A stretch of DNA of 64,000 nt from NCBI RefSeq assembly GCF_002571385.2, contig NW_019217784.1:1709297-1773296 (forward strand), written 5' to 3'. Each line of letters begins with the position of its first letter. Position 1 is the first letter of the stretch. The position numbers and the translations under genes were made by a program. Below the pieces are notes generated by a model. That model worked only from the letters and a program-made list of their open reading frames with translations. It searched no databases and had not been told where the DNA came from. The DNA is from Stylophora pistillata. Lineage: Eukaryota. Below, piece by piece: positions 51,310 through 64,000 of the stretch.

Positions 51310-54183
51310 CACGAGTGAAGTGGACCTGGGGGTCGAAATAAATAACACTTCAGTCAAGATTTGGTAATGAGGTGTTCATTCTCAAATTAAATACTTCTTT
51401 GGGTACTTAGATTTTGACTTTCTTTTTTGTTCCAAAATAGGTGACTTACCTCCCACATGTAAGAGGTGTCTGTGTTGGGTTTGACGTCATCATATTTGAC
51501 GAGTTTTCCCTCATATGGTCCAATCCACGTGCCTACAGGAATATGTTGCTTTGCGCAGACCCCACAACCTGCCCCAGGAATACTCGACACACAGAGCTGC
51601 ACTTCCTCAGGAAAGGACGCAATGGCGTAACTTAATTTGACTGGTTGTTTCTGTCCTGGAATAAGAAGTTTCCTCCCAGAATTTGGAACTTTATGCATTG
51701 GGCATACGTCTTGCTTTGAACGACACGCATCACAGTCTGAGAATTCAAAAATGAAAAATTATCATCTGATTTTACGGCAGTAAAAAGAGGTATCTTTCAT
51801 TATTGTACAAGCAGCGTTTGTATTGGTAGCAAAATCTCCCCACCCCTTGGGTACGGAGTCACCCCCTCTCTCCCACCCTCGCTTATCTCGGACGTGGTTT
51901 CTTTTGGCAGACAAACAAACCTGTTGGAGCTAATCCAAACTCACAACACAAAAAAAGTACTGTCGAGGAGAGTGAATTTAAGTCAGGTAAGACGAGAAAG
52001 TTTTGGCGCAAGTCATTCTAATCAACACCTTTTAAAACATAATGATTAAAAGAAAAATAAATATGCATTAGCCCACATTCCGCACAAGTTACCTTTGGTC
52101 AACATATGTTTACAGTCTTAACTACACGTGTTTAGTCTGATCAGGTGGAAACGCTTTTTTCCTGATTAAAATGTTATAATCATCAAAACACGACGTCAGA
52201 AAGTGCCAGAAAAAATTGACCTCTGATCCCTTAAAAAATGGATTCCACCACCCTTTCCGTTTTGTAACAGAATCTCACCGAACGAAAATGGCACAAAGTT
52301 CAGCAGAAAAATAGTTGTACTCAAGGTAAGTTCTCCATAAAAAACTAGGTCCACGGTACAAACACGAGACTAATCATTTTTATGCCATAATCCACGTCAT
52401 GCTAGTCACATTCGTGGTTTCAGCATTCTCATAGAACATATGGTAGTGCTCACGAAAAGGCTGTTCTGTGTCGTTTGAGTCAAACATCGAAGTTCACAGA
52501 AAAATTCTTGTCTTCAATATTACTTGTCCCGATAATTTTCAAACAGTGCAAACGCACGCAGACCGGGACAAAAAGGGAGAATCGTGGAGCTTTACACGAA
52601 GGAAGCTTTTGACGCAGTTCGGAACCATTTCTTAAGATTTGTTCATTCAGTTTAAAGGGAAAAGACGCTTTGTTGAAGGAACTACGAGAGTGACATTTTG
52701 TCAGGGAGTTACCTTTACAAAGCTAAAGAAAAAGAAGAGACAAAACGGATGAGAATGTAGTAACAGTTCAATTCTAAAATAGAGCTCCCAGCGTGAGGTC
52801 GTAAATATTGCTGGTGAATACCTCTCCTCAGTCTTACCTTTCTTTTCCTTTTTTTTTTTTACCTTTCTTTTCGAAGAGCAGTTGTTCAGGTTATTTTCAT
52901 AATCAGGGTAATTGCAAGAATTATTCACTTAGAAATCAAGAGAACGCTGTTAACGATAGATACTAATTCAGTTTCAAAGGTGCCGACATTGGCAAAGCTT
53001 AAAAATTTCTTCCGACATTGGATACGGAGAGTTATCTCCAGACACGTAATTGAAAAATGTTAAAAATTTCAACAAAGCGTTCTGTCATCTGCGTGTGCTC
53101 GCGCGCCATAATAGCTCCGCCCACCAAATCTTGCATCGTGGGGATTTTCAATGCAATGATGATAAAACAAAATTTGCCGAAGTTTCCGCTTGCCGGAAAT
53201 GTCGTGACCTTAAGTGGTAGATCGGTTCAAGCGAGCTTCACGGGCGATTTATTCGTCCAGTTGGGCGGGCGAAGCAAACAAGAGCAGACTTTGGAAATCT
53301 ATTAAAGAAAATCTGTCCAATTTTGGATTTTCGCTTTTAAGAAGATCCTTTCTATAAAGAAGGAAGTAATTACAATTTCTGTTTTAGCTACACTGTTGTC
53401 TACAATGGACAAAAACCGCTTTCACCATGGTATGTCTGGCGGCAGAATAAAGATTAACAAGTACTATTTTTATCACCACAACAAACAAAGTCTATTTTAT
53501 AAGAAAACGGTTTTTTTTCCTTCGAATGTTCTAGTTTCTCGTGTTCAATGCGGTATTTGTGTAATCATAACATTCTACTTCAGGGGGTCTTCCCCTGTAA
53601 CTAGCAAATACTCACAACTCACTTCCCTTTCGGTTGAAACCGGAAAAATGGGTTTTGAAAAAATAACAAATGTTTTACTTTTGCGGTTAAGAATATCCCT
53701 CCCTTTCTTGAACGCAAGCTGTCGATGTTCTTTTCTTATGCTACTTCTCCACAGCTTGTTTCTATGACACAAAAATGCACAGAGAGATTAACTTGCAAAA
53801 GGCCTTTGGATTACAAATTGACAGCAGCAATAAGATTAATGCAAGACAAATTTACCGGATGCAAGGTTGAATTCGAGCTAATATCGTTATTAAGTAATAC
53901 ATGACTTTTATAATATGGCACGCAATATAACGAAGATTAAAACGGTTTGCTTTGTTCACTTACTTGACGTTTCCTTTTGTTTTTCCGCCTCTGTTTGACT
54001 TGATTTTCTTTGTGCTTTGAATGCTTCAATATCGATGAGTTGCAGCTCGTTGTGGCGATATAAACAGTTGTATAAGTCGTCGTAAGTAAATGTAAAATGC
54101 TTGGAATTGTGCGGTGCAGTGTTTTGCAGAGATGCTTGACTGGCGGGAAAATGAGCTGTGAACGCCATCCCGTTTCGCGCCAT
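49825..54183 (-). CDS. PRDM6: PR/SET domain zinc-finger protein, PRDM6 ortholog
   Basis: Exons 54183-53964, 51736-51450, 51186-50928, 50570-49825 join in phase. N-terminal FTFTYDDLYNCLY motif; Zn knuckle CDAC..CPMH; PR domain (GTWIGPYEG, SWMRFIHCAR, ELLVWY); four Zn fingers incl. [27 protein letters not shown] and terminal HQRIPHECK, as in PRDM6. Confidence 0.9.
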
Positions 54184-57100
54184 TTTCGTGCGAATATGCT
54201 TCGGAAAACTAAAACAAAGAAGTTGTAACAGTAGAGAATGGCATTTTTTCAATGTAACATGAAAAATAATGATAAAATCAAATTCCCTGCTTATCTGTAA
54301 TAAGAAAATAAAACACATAACTCACAAATTCTCACTATCAATTAAAGCTTTGTCAAACAGATAACTGTTGCTAACGGAAGAGGTCGTAGTAAACACTATG
54401 CTGCTTAAATTTAGTTGTAGCCGTCAGAGAGTCGATGTGCTCAAGTCATCTATGTTTTTCGAGTCTCTCTATCTTGTATCTATCGCTGTCGTAATCCTGT
54501 CTGAAGCGACGCTAACGTAGATAACATCTATCAGTCAGTAACAAAACAATCAAGATAAGCTGTAGTGACGAGGTTAGTCTCTTTGGGAGACAAAATAAAG
54601 GACAGTTAAACAAAATGTATTTTTTTGGCGCTATATAAGCAAACCACAAAAAATCGCGACAAAAACGTCAAAAATAAAAGTATTATTTCTCAATGAATTG
54701 CCACCTTACGCAACAATCACGGGCGTAATAAGTTAAAAATCCACGATAATGAATGAAACGCTCAGGGTAAACAGCAACGTTCTTGAACTTACATAGAAGT
54801 TAGTTTAGTAAGTATTGCTTTCGATTTAGATCGCACCACTTTAAAATTGAGAGGGGCTGTTACACGATTCATTTTTTTACAATTTAATGTTATAACCAGA
54901 GGAACTTCAGCGATTTTCCAGTCTATGTCTGACAAATTCCATGAGTTTGTAAGCCAGGCCCCTAATGAAGCCCTCATGTGTGGTCATCCTATTAAATGAA
55001 AGCTGTACGTATGTTTGTGATAACATTCACAAAACCTTTCAAAGTGACTAGCATGTTAAGTCCAGCGTGGAACTTGACGCTGTACAATCTAGAACTTATG
55101 CTTTTCTACCAAAATTCAATTTAAACCTTTAAGGAGTTTCTTGTAACGACACTTTCACTCGAATACCCGATTTTTTTTTTGTAAAAACCAGTTACCATCA
55201 TCAATAATTCCTATAAAAAAATCAGTTTAAGAGAAAACCTACCAAGTGTTAGATTCGTTCCTACTGCAGAAGATGCGTCAATGAATCTCACAGGACTCGA
55301 ATTTTTCTTGCCTACTATGCAGGACAGTTCTTTATTTCTAATCTTACTGGATGGTTGAAATATTGATCTCTCCAGATGTTACGTCACTCTATTTTGAATG
55401 ACAAAAGTCGCGTTTCAAGACCAAAAAAGTTCAGACTCATGAGATGAGTTGATTAACTGCCAAGTTTGTTGTTTCAGCCGGAAATTGGACAATTTGATAA
55501 GGGTCGTATTTTCCAAGGAAAACTGAACCCAGGGGAATGGCAATCCGCTGGAAGATAAGTTCAAAGACTTGCCGCAATGAGAAGCGACTTCCTTAACACA
55601 TTTGAACACAATGGGTCGGTACTGAATAATTTGTGTCTTCTCAGATGCCAAAAGTGAAAGTGTCATAGTTTTTTTTTGTCATTTGTTGAAAAGCGGACAA
55701 GGTTTGATTGTCTTAATAAAGCGACTTTGAAATCAATTATGCATTGATGTTGAAATACCAAGCAATTTTGCGGCAAAAATGCTAGCTAGAGGGCATGAAT
55801 GAGATAAAGTTTAAGAACTTCCTCTATCATATGATTAAGCAGGTATTTAACAAAAGGACGGCTTCGTATTTCAGATAGATTTAAAAGTTCTGTCACAAGC
55901 AAATAAAGATTTGTTATCTTTAAAGCCTTGCTATTAATACCCCGGAACGAAAATGTTGGAATTTAGTCCGAATAAATACCGAAATCTACGAGTAGGCTGA
56001 TGAGCAACTAAAAATGGCCATTGAGAGAATCATCCGCTTTAGTTTACCTTTATTCAATTTATTGATATTTCCGCATGGAGACTCGATGAAAAACTTTTGT
56101 TTTTTTATACCTGCCAAACTGCGCGCGAGATCCGGCTGTGTCGGCAATTTCAAAGAAACAATAGGAGCTTAGAACAATATTTCTAAAGACTTCTTATATG
56201 CGCAGAGAAACATTCCTTTCTTAAATGTTTTACGCCAGATTAATTGGTGAATAAACTCCCGCAGATAACACAAGAACACCCTTTTATAGACAAACAGAGA
56301 TGGCTTTACTTACATTGAAGAGTTAAAAGTTAATCTTTTTTTTAGATATCTATATCAGTTGAGAGTACGAGAAGGAATTTGGCTTCAATGCGATAGGTTA
56401 GGTCCCGCCCCACGAGGTGCTGATGAGCAAGGCACAGTGAAAAACTCGCAAGCCACAATGTAATAACTGTTTACAGTATAAACTTTCCGCGGCTGAAACT
56501 AACCACTCAACGATTACAGAAAAAATGCATGATATGTCGCAAGATATAGCATCCAGGCTGAGAGTATAATCTTTAGAACTAAGAAGTTCGTGAAAGTTTT
56601 TGAAAAAAGTTTTGTACTCTTGTTTGCATGCGTGTCAGAAAATAAAACATTATGTCAAATATCGTAATTGGATGGACGCGCGGAAGTGAAAACCGTTTTA
56701 GAGCAGAAGAGGATTAGAACCGATCGATGTAGAACGCTCTTTTATCGCAGGGTAGTGCCTCTTTGCTGCACTGATATGGATAGGCTCAAGGCAAAAAAAG
56801 GCAGAAATGTAAAGAATACGCCCGGGCTGTTTATCACATTGAAACTTCTGAATACTCAGTAGTTACTAGAAAATCTGTTTCGACAAAAAGGGAAAAACAA
56901 TAAGAATTGAAATGAATTTAGCATCAAATTTATAGTCGAATACTCCACAAAGACTGGTTTGAATCGGGCACTTCTTAGGTCTCAACAAAGGAAAAAACAT
57001 GTGATGGCAAAAAGATAAAAGAGACAGTATTAAGATGCATGTGTGTGTCAAAGTTTTGATAACATTCTAATAGTGTAAGTCTGTCGCGAATTAGTTACAG

Positions 57101-60100
57101 CATTACTCACGCAAACATTACACACTTATTACTAAATGGCACATACAAACCTTATCTTTTCCAGGACGCCAGTTTTTCAAAGCGCAATTTCTTGCATCAA
57201 AGACCCAATTTAAGAACGGTCTGGTGTTCAGTTTGGCCACTCAAAACAGGCTTAGTTGGTTCTGCCAAACTGAGGGCCTTGTCACTTGATAATCACAACA
57301 AACATTTGGCTTGGAACAGTGAGCGGCATGTTCTTTCACTCGCGTTTTTCTCTGAACCTCGGTCGGGTATGTGTCAATCATTCTGGGTAAACGTCAAAAG
57401 TTTTTGACAGCTTGGGACACTGCCAAATCTCGTATCGCACGTTTGATATGGGGGCTGATATGTTATTCCGACATGTCTGCGACATAATAGGTTGTGTATA
57501 CGCGTCCCTCACCATGCTGAATTAGAATAACACTGTTATGAGACTGGGAAGTCTTTAAAGGCCAAACACCGCCATTACAATATAGATCATGACTTAGGGA
57601 CTTCAGTTCTAAAGGTAAGGGATTCTTTAGAGCTCTTAGCCGCGGCAGTCCTGTTTGCGTGCAGGCTTGTTTGGTATGGCGATCTGGATTTGCCGACATT
57701 ACCAATCATAAAAATTAAATGATGGAAAATTGATAACTCCAGACGACCATTATTTAAATGTCGCTTTGTTAATTAGATTTCGCGATATAATTTTGTGAAG
57801 ATAAAACTTCCAATTCCTAGCGCTCGGTCTGTCCGCTAACTTCAAATTTCAAAAGTCATCAAAAACTCCATTCCATTTTCGCTGATAAGGGTGTCTTGTC
57901 AATATTTACACAGCGCGTTCTGTGCGTCCTTCGCTTGGAAGAAGTGAGCTGTCACGATTTCCCCTTGAACTAACATATTAACAGCCAGTCGTAGGGTTAT
58001 ATGGTAAACAGTCCTTACAGCAGGATATGAAAGTAACCGTGCCGAGTCATTGCACAGGTCAGATCTACAAAAGCGCGAACGCTGCATGTACTGAATTTCA
58101 CCAATGCCATTTCTGACATCTTGCGCTAGATCTGCCGCATAATCTGCATGCAACCTGATAATTTGTTTTCTTGAAAGGTGGTAAAGAGGGTAAAGGTGCA
58201 CTGTGCTTGACCGTGACAGAATAAGCTTGTTGCTACATGCATTGCTTGTCGCGTGCACGTTGTTCGCTTCTGGAAACCTATAACTTCATGTTGGAGTTTA
58301 AAAAGTTGGTAAATCTGAGACATGACACCAGATTTGGTTTCAACAAAAATAGTTCTGCGTCACTTTGCGGTTTATTTCATTTATTAATTTTTTTTTCGCT
58401 ATCTGTCCTATTTATATTGCGAGGTGGTATTTATGAAATAAGTAAAATGTCCTTCTTGCGAAGTAATATACAATATAATAGATAATATGTAATATATCGA
58501 AATTTTGTGAATCTGTTTAATAGAAAATGCACAGCGGGTGGATTAGAGAAGATTAACAAGGTCAAAAGAAAAAAAAGTTTTAGATGGCTATAAATATTAC
58601 CAATTTTGAAAAAAAGGTTTAAAAATTAATTGCTTTTGGTCATTAAGTAAATTAGGCACTTCTTTTCATGCAACTATATACTCGTTATATTTTTGCGAAC
58701 TTTTCCTTTTTATGTGATAAATTGTTTTTTTGGATCAATGCAGGGAAAATTGCTATGTCAAACCTTCTGTTATGAAAAAGTACATGAAAATTCATATATC
58801 ACTGCAGTTTCAGCGTACTAAGTGTATTAAGTAAACTAATTCGTCCAGAAATGAAAAGCTTCAAGTGGTGTCATACCCAAAAGCTTAGAGATAAATCCTT
58901 TTTCTGTTTTGATAACCCGGAAATTATTACGTAACCGCAAACTTTAGTTTCACTTGGTGGAGTTTGGTGTTTGTCGGTGTGTTAGAGCCGGACACTTAAA
59001 AGATGAACACAAAACAAATGATAAAGTAAAAAATTAAGGTCGTATACAAACGTATTCTTTGTGCGTGTACACAATTCAGGCTTTGAAATAGCGTTTGAGC
59101 GCTACACTTGATGGGGTGGAGCAATTAGAAGCAAGTATGAGCAGACCAGCCACGGGGTTCTGTGTGAAAAAACCATTCCTTGTGAGGATCAGGAAACCAT
59201 AAATGATTCAAATAATAGTAATAATCACGATTATCAGTACATGAAGAAAGCAAAGCACCATGAAAGGCAATGATGTCGAAACCTGAAAGGAAACAAGGGG
59301 ATCGTCACGTTTGAGAACGATAAAGTCAAACCCGTGACCTCATCATCACATCTCTTTTTGCTTATCACTGTCCACTTTTTTTTAGCTCTGATGCTAATAA
59401 AGCTCCCACCGCAGTTGAGGCACTACCCAATGTAATTTATCTTTGTGTTTTCCTGACCTGAAACGAGGCGTTAGCAGAAAAAGGGTGTATGGTGTTGAGG
59501 CAAACACGACATCTTTGTAGTTATTTAAAATTCCATGAGACTGACAAGCTGGCATGGCATGGCCGAGTCAACGACTAAATGAATTCGCTTCATTGGATTG
59601 CTCGAACAGTTCGCTCGAGCACACCAGTACATATGCAGCCACCAGTGAGATATCAAAACGGGTACGCACGAAAATGGTGTTTCATGCGCAGCCGCAATTG
59701 AGTAGGGGGAGGATTAAGAGAAGTGGGTCAACAGCAGTTGGAAGAAAGCCAAGCACCAGCACTGGCGTTGAACTCTTAGCAAACATAGTTGGCCGTATTT
59801 GTTTTTGGGAGCTTCAGGAAATTAAAAAAAAAAAAAAAAAACCGAGCTGACAGTCTATGGAACTTTGAGCTGTCATTTTACTCCATCGCAAACCTCTCGA
59901 TACTCCACCGCTCAATGCATAAAAGGGTAGACAAAACCGCAAGCTATGCGGGCTATGAGAAACGGAAATCACGTTCGCAGGTCGCTGGCACTCGAGCCAT
60001 TGCTAAAAGGACTTAACATCTTTTGAGGGCCGGCATTCTTTCAGCAGATGATCTGATGAGTTGGGAAGGGTCGTCCTATATTTAGTCACAAACCACAGGA

Positions 60101-63100
60101 GGTGAATTAGTTAAAACTCTACTTTCCACAGTTAAGGTAAACTCATAGGAAACTAAAAATTCTAACTTGGATTGACTGTACTGCAACAGAAAAGAAAAGA
60201 AAAGAAAAGCGAAAGATTCAATCTTTATGGCTTTATCGTCGGAAATTGGATATTGGGAAAACACGCCAAAAACCGTTCTTCCATCGTTCGCTGTGGGTTA
60301 TTATTCCTGCCTGTGAACCGATGGAAAGTTCAGTTAGTTGAATAGTAGAGCCGCTCTGCCATGGATTTGATCCAGAACAAGATCCGAACCAAGAGAAAGT
60401 GAGGTGACTGTATTCCTATCGCTTAGAACTTCTTACTCAGGAGATCTAACCAGATTAAGACAAATTTCGAGCCACATTAGCTGCCAATATGCACAGCTAA
60501 ACTCGTCAAATTTTTCTCGTTTGCGCTTCATGGCCGCACAATCCTCAATCTGATGCCAGGTTTCCATTTGCCAAAACTTGCAATCAATTCGTCCCGTTCT
60601 TTCCATCGATTGGCTTTAGCCAAACTAACCCAGTGAGTGGGGTAGGGTCAGTCAGTTTCCTCGCTCTTGCAAAGACTGCTCGCGAAATTCGCGGTGGTTA
60701 TGAGCTTCTAATATTGGTGTGAAAATTGAATTCTAATGCTTTTCCATAAAAACAAAATACGTACAACGGATTTTAACATGTGTAAACGCCAAGAGTGAAT
60801 TTTTGGCTTCCATTAACCATGAAAAAAATTTATTTTTTTTAAAAAATCGGCACTGAGACCTGACAAATGGATAACGCCCTCAATCTAAATTCCATCCTCG
60901 TTTACCAGAGCCAATTGACTGCTAAAATGGTTCGACTTCGATCTCAGCGCGGCGCTTATCCCATTTTTCATTATTTCACTCTCTTAGTTTTGTGACTCAG
61001 GTATCTCAAACGATCTTACTGTCTGGTCCGAAACATTTAAAGAGTCATTATTCCGATCAGAAAATATCGTTAACTTTTCACACGAACTACAACGAACGTA
61101 AAATCTGCCTTAACGAAAAAGCAGAATTAATTGCTATTCGTATTTTTTAGTTGACCTTCGCAAGGCGGGAAGTTTTTTTTTTAAAAAAATAACAGAAAGC
61201 TTCATTTGCATGACTAACGAGATAAATTGTTGCAAAATCGTGCAAATATCGCTACAATGATAATATAACAATGTCCTCACTTGAAAAAAAGGTCCCGATA
61301 TACGTCCTAGCATGCCAAAAAAAAGTTTCCCATATCAAAAATTAACCAAGTAATCGGAAGGACTTTGTTGTTTGGCAGCATCTATTGACAGTAAGTGTTT
61401 GACACTCGGTAGGTGATATTCTGTTTTCTTAAAAACATTATTTCTTCGAGCATACATTTTTTTTTTTTTTAACAAAAAAAGTGAATGTACTTACCTAAAA
61501 TTCTATAGAGCCACAGGTAGTGGCCGCTACAGATCACGTACAGTTTGAGTTAACTTCCAAAACTTGAAAATATTCCAATCTGAACTCGCATACTCTTGAA
61601 AACAAGAAAGTCTGAGGCAAGTTGCTTAGATAAAGAAAATTTTTGTACTCGTTTTAAATTAACAGGAAGATGTGCAGAGGCGAAGTAATTTCGAAATCGT
61701 TGTGTTCTAAACTCCGTGGGGTGATCGCCCAAGCGTGTCAAATGTTGCGAAATAATTGACGTCATAGCCACTGTTTCGAGTAAGGCGCTGATATTATGTC
61801 TTTTGAAACTTCCGACATTGTTTTAAGAACCTACATAAAGAATATGACGTCAATACCCTAATACCTGCTGCTATCGAGTCGTTTATAAAATTTATTTTAA
61901 GTTATTCAAATATTGAGTAGAACGCTTGCTCTTGCCAGTTCCGCGTAGGAAAAAACAAGTTACCTGCAAAATGAACAAAATCAGCTTAAAACGTTAGAAA
62001 TTTTGCCGAGAGGCCTTTCACTGAGGCCGACAAGGTTATCAGTGACATACACTTGAACTCCAAGCATCGCGGGAAAGTTAGTGCACCGGAAGTGCCGACC
62101 ACCGGAACATAGAACAGGGTTAAAGTTTTAAGTACGGGTCATTGTTCAATTTACGAGAGAGATAAATGATTGATATCTTTCGAAATCCGGCGTCATTTAC
62201 ATATTACTCCAGGGATATACATGTCCATACCCAAGCTCGGCAGAAAACAGAATATCGTTTACATGGATAAATGCCACAAGAAATATTTCGGTGAGTAAGA
62301 ATAAGGCAATAGCACTAGACACGCACTAGGCTACTTAAAATTACACTCAAGCTGAGCTATGTATTTAGTTTTCTTATGTATGTTTTCTTACATTGAAATT
62401 AATTTCAGAAACAAACAAACATTGTTTCTTTGATTAAAATGTAAAGCTGTAGAAAGCTGTATTCACACATTCGGGTCTGTTACATGTAAATGAGTAATAG
62501 AGGATCTCAAAAGCGACGAAGGAAGGGTCAAATGTGTTTGACAAACGCTGGGTCGTATACATTTGTGCCTTCAAGAAGCAACTTTTAAAATTCTTATCAT
62601 TCACTTGGTTCACAAGGGAAACTTCCTAACGGTTTCAAAAACAAATACTGATAGCCAGGAACTACGATTTGTGACAAGCGTGGCTTAAAAAAAAAAAAAA
62701 AAACTCTGAGCTGCTTGTTATTTGTTTTTGCATTTATGATACAAGATAGAATCATCAGAGTATTGTTTAGTAAAGGTTGTGTCAATGTTAAACATTAATT
62801 TCGAATAACAGAACATAATTTGTCACTGGAAAACAAATATAACTTCAACACATTTTGGATTTTTTTTTCTTTATCAATGTGTCAGTCATTTTGAAATCAC
62901 CTTTAAATTTTTTTTTACGTACGAATTCGACGTATACATTTTTTTCGTTGCTCATCTTAAACCGGTTTCCTTAAGTTAAAGCTTTGTAAACTACGCAGTC
63001 AAATTCGCGCCTTCATCATTATAGCAACTGAAATTTCTTATCTATTTATGTCATCTCTTAACAAGAAGGTGATTTTTACACGATCATGGATAATTTTAAA

Positions 63101-64000
63101 ACAATTTGGATAATATGATCTGACCACCGTATTTTTATTGTTTGTTTTAGCTGTTATTTTAGAAGAGGTGTAGCCCGCACCATGTCATCAAACTTACTAA
63201 TGAAATTGTCATGAATATAGCAGAACTCTCTTTAATTCAATTTATATGTTTTGGGTTATTCAAATATTCTGCATTTTTGACAAACCACACGGTAAGTGAA
63301 TTTTTAACAGCATTTACATTAATTTTTTTTCTGTCTGCGTCAATCCCCATTCTCACGCGATAGCAAGGCTTGCCAATTTTATTCAGTTTTTTTAGTCACT
63401 AAAACGCAATCAGTTTGTGATAAAACAGGTTTTCGACGGAATTCACTAATTGCGTGGGAAAAAACCTGGAAAATAATGCACGTGTTATTGAAGTAGCTGA
63501 GGTAGCCATGGAACAGTGGTGCGTATTGTGTTAAACTGTCACTGACTTCCGTTCATCTCTTCCGACCCTTCTGGGTAAGACTAAATACGTCATTTATAAT
63601 TTTTCCATTGTTTTCGTTACCTCTTGGTGGAACCAACTTGAAAATCTGCTTTAAAAAAATCACCGAAGATCGTAAGTTTACTCTGGTAAAAAATTTTTGT
63701 AAGCTGATATTTGCGCTTCCTTAAAGAATTAGCAGTTTTCATGCTGACACTAAAGCATTTTACCATAGCAACTGTTAGCGTGAGGTTCCCAAGTCTTAGG
63801 CATAACGTAGCTTTCCACACATTGTTAATTTGCAATGCATGGATTACAATTCGACAAATACTTAGGCAGTTAAACTACGAATTGACGATGTGTGACTGAT
63901 GAAGGTTTTGTTTTGTGGTGAAACGACGCGAAGCCAATCGACTTTGATCTTGAAAACATATAAACAACTTCTTAATCGCACCAGCAAAAGTCTACAAACT

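Noticed and set aside
57899-58485. ORFs of 65-119 aa upstream of PRDM6 (also 59554-60016, 61550-61771)
   Set aside because: No recognisable motifs or consistent splice structure

Overview
AT-rich, intron-rich animal genomic DNA. The repeat families and gene content suggest a cnidarian, probably a scleractinian coral (inference). The core of the window is a cluster of three peptide-amidation genes. PHM-A lies on the minus strand, with only exon 1 (4932-5132) inside the window. Its head-to-head inverted paralog PHM-B (17582-25289) has 12 coding exons and an intact 369-aa monofunctional PHM frame. A canonical PHM(+PAL) PAM-type gene follows at 30106-47203, then a convergent PRDM6 ortholog (49825-54183, minus) with about 10 kb of repeat-poor upstream DNA. 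The 12 kb between PHM-A and PHM-B is a pile of decayed transposons: a Penelope-like RT nested in MITEs, a SWIM+Ulp1 DNA-transposon remnant and a Ty3/Gypsy element. Introns carry hammerhead-bearing retroposons and tRNA-containing foldback elements. Three signals stand out. (1) PHM-B keeps all copper ligands but has changed several CuH second-sphere and substrate-pocket residues. (2) The PAM gene has a pair of mutually exclusive substrate-pocket exons and an alternative PHM-only terminal exon. (3) PHM-B has fixed one of these splice/processing outcomes genetically, through a dead exon 7a and a stop codon at the dibasic KR site. All exon boundaries and residue mappings were done by eye, and assembly joins at 17249, 18236-18414 and 45507 limit certainty.
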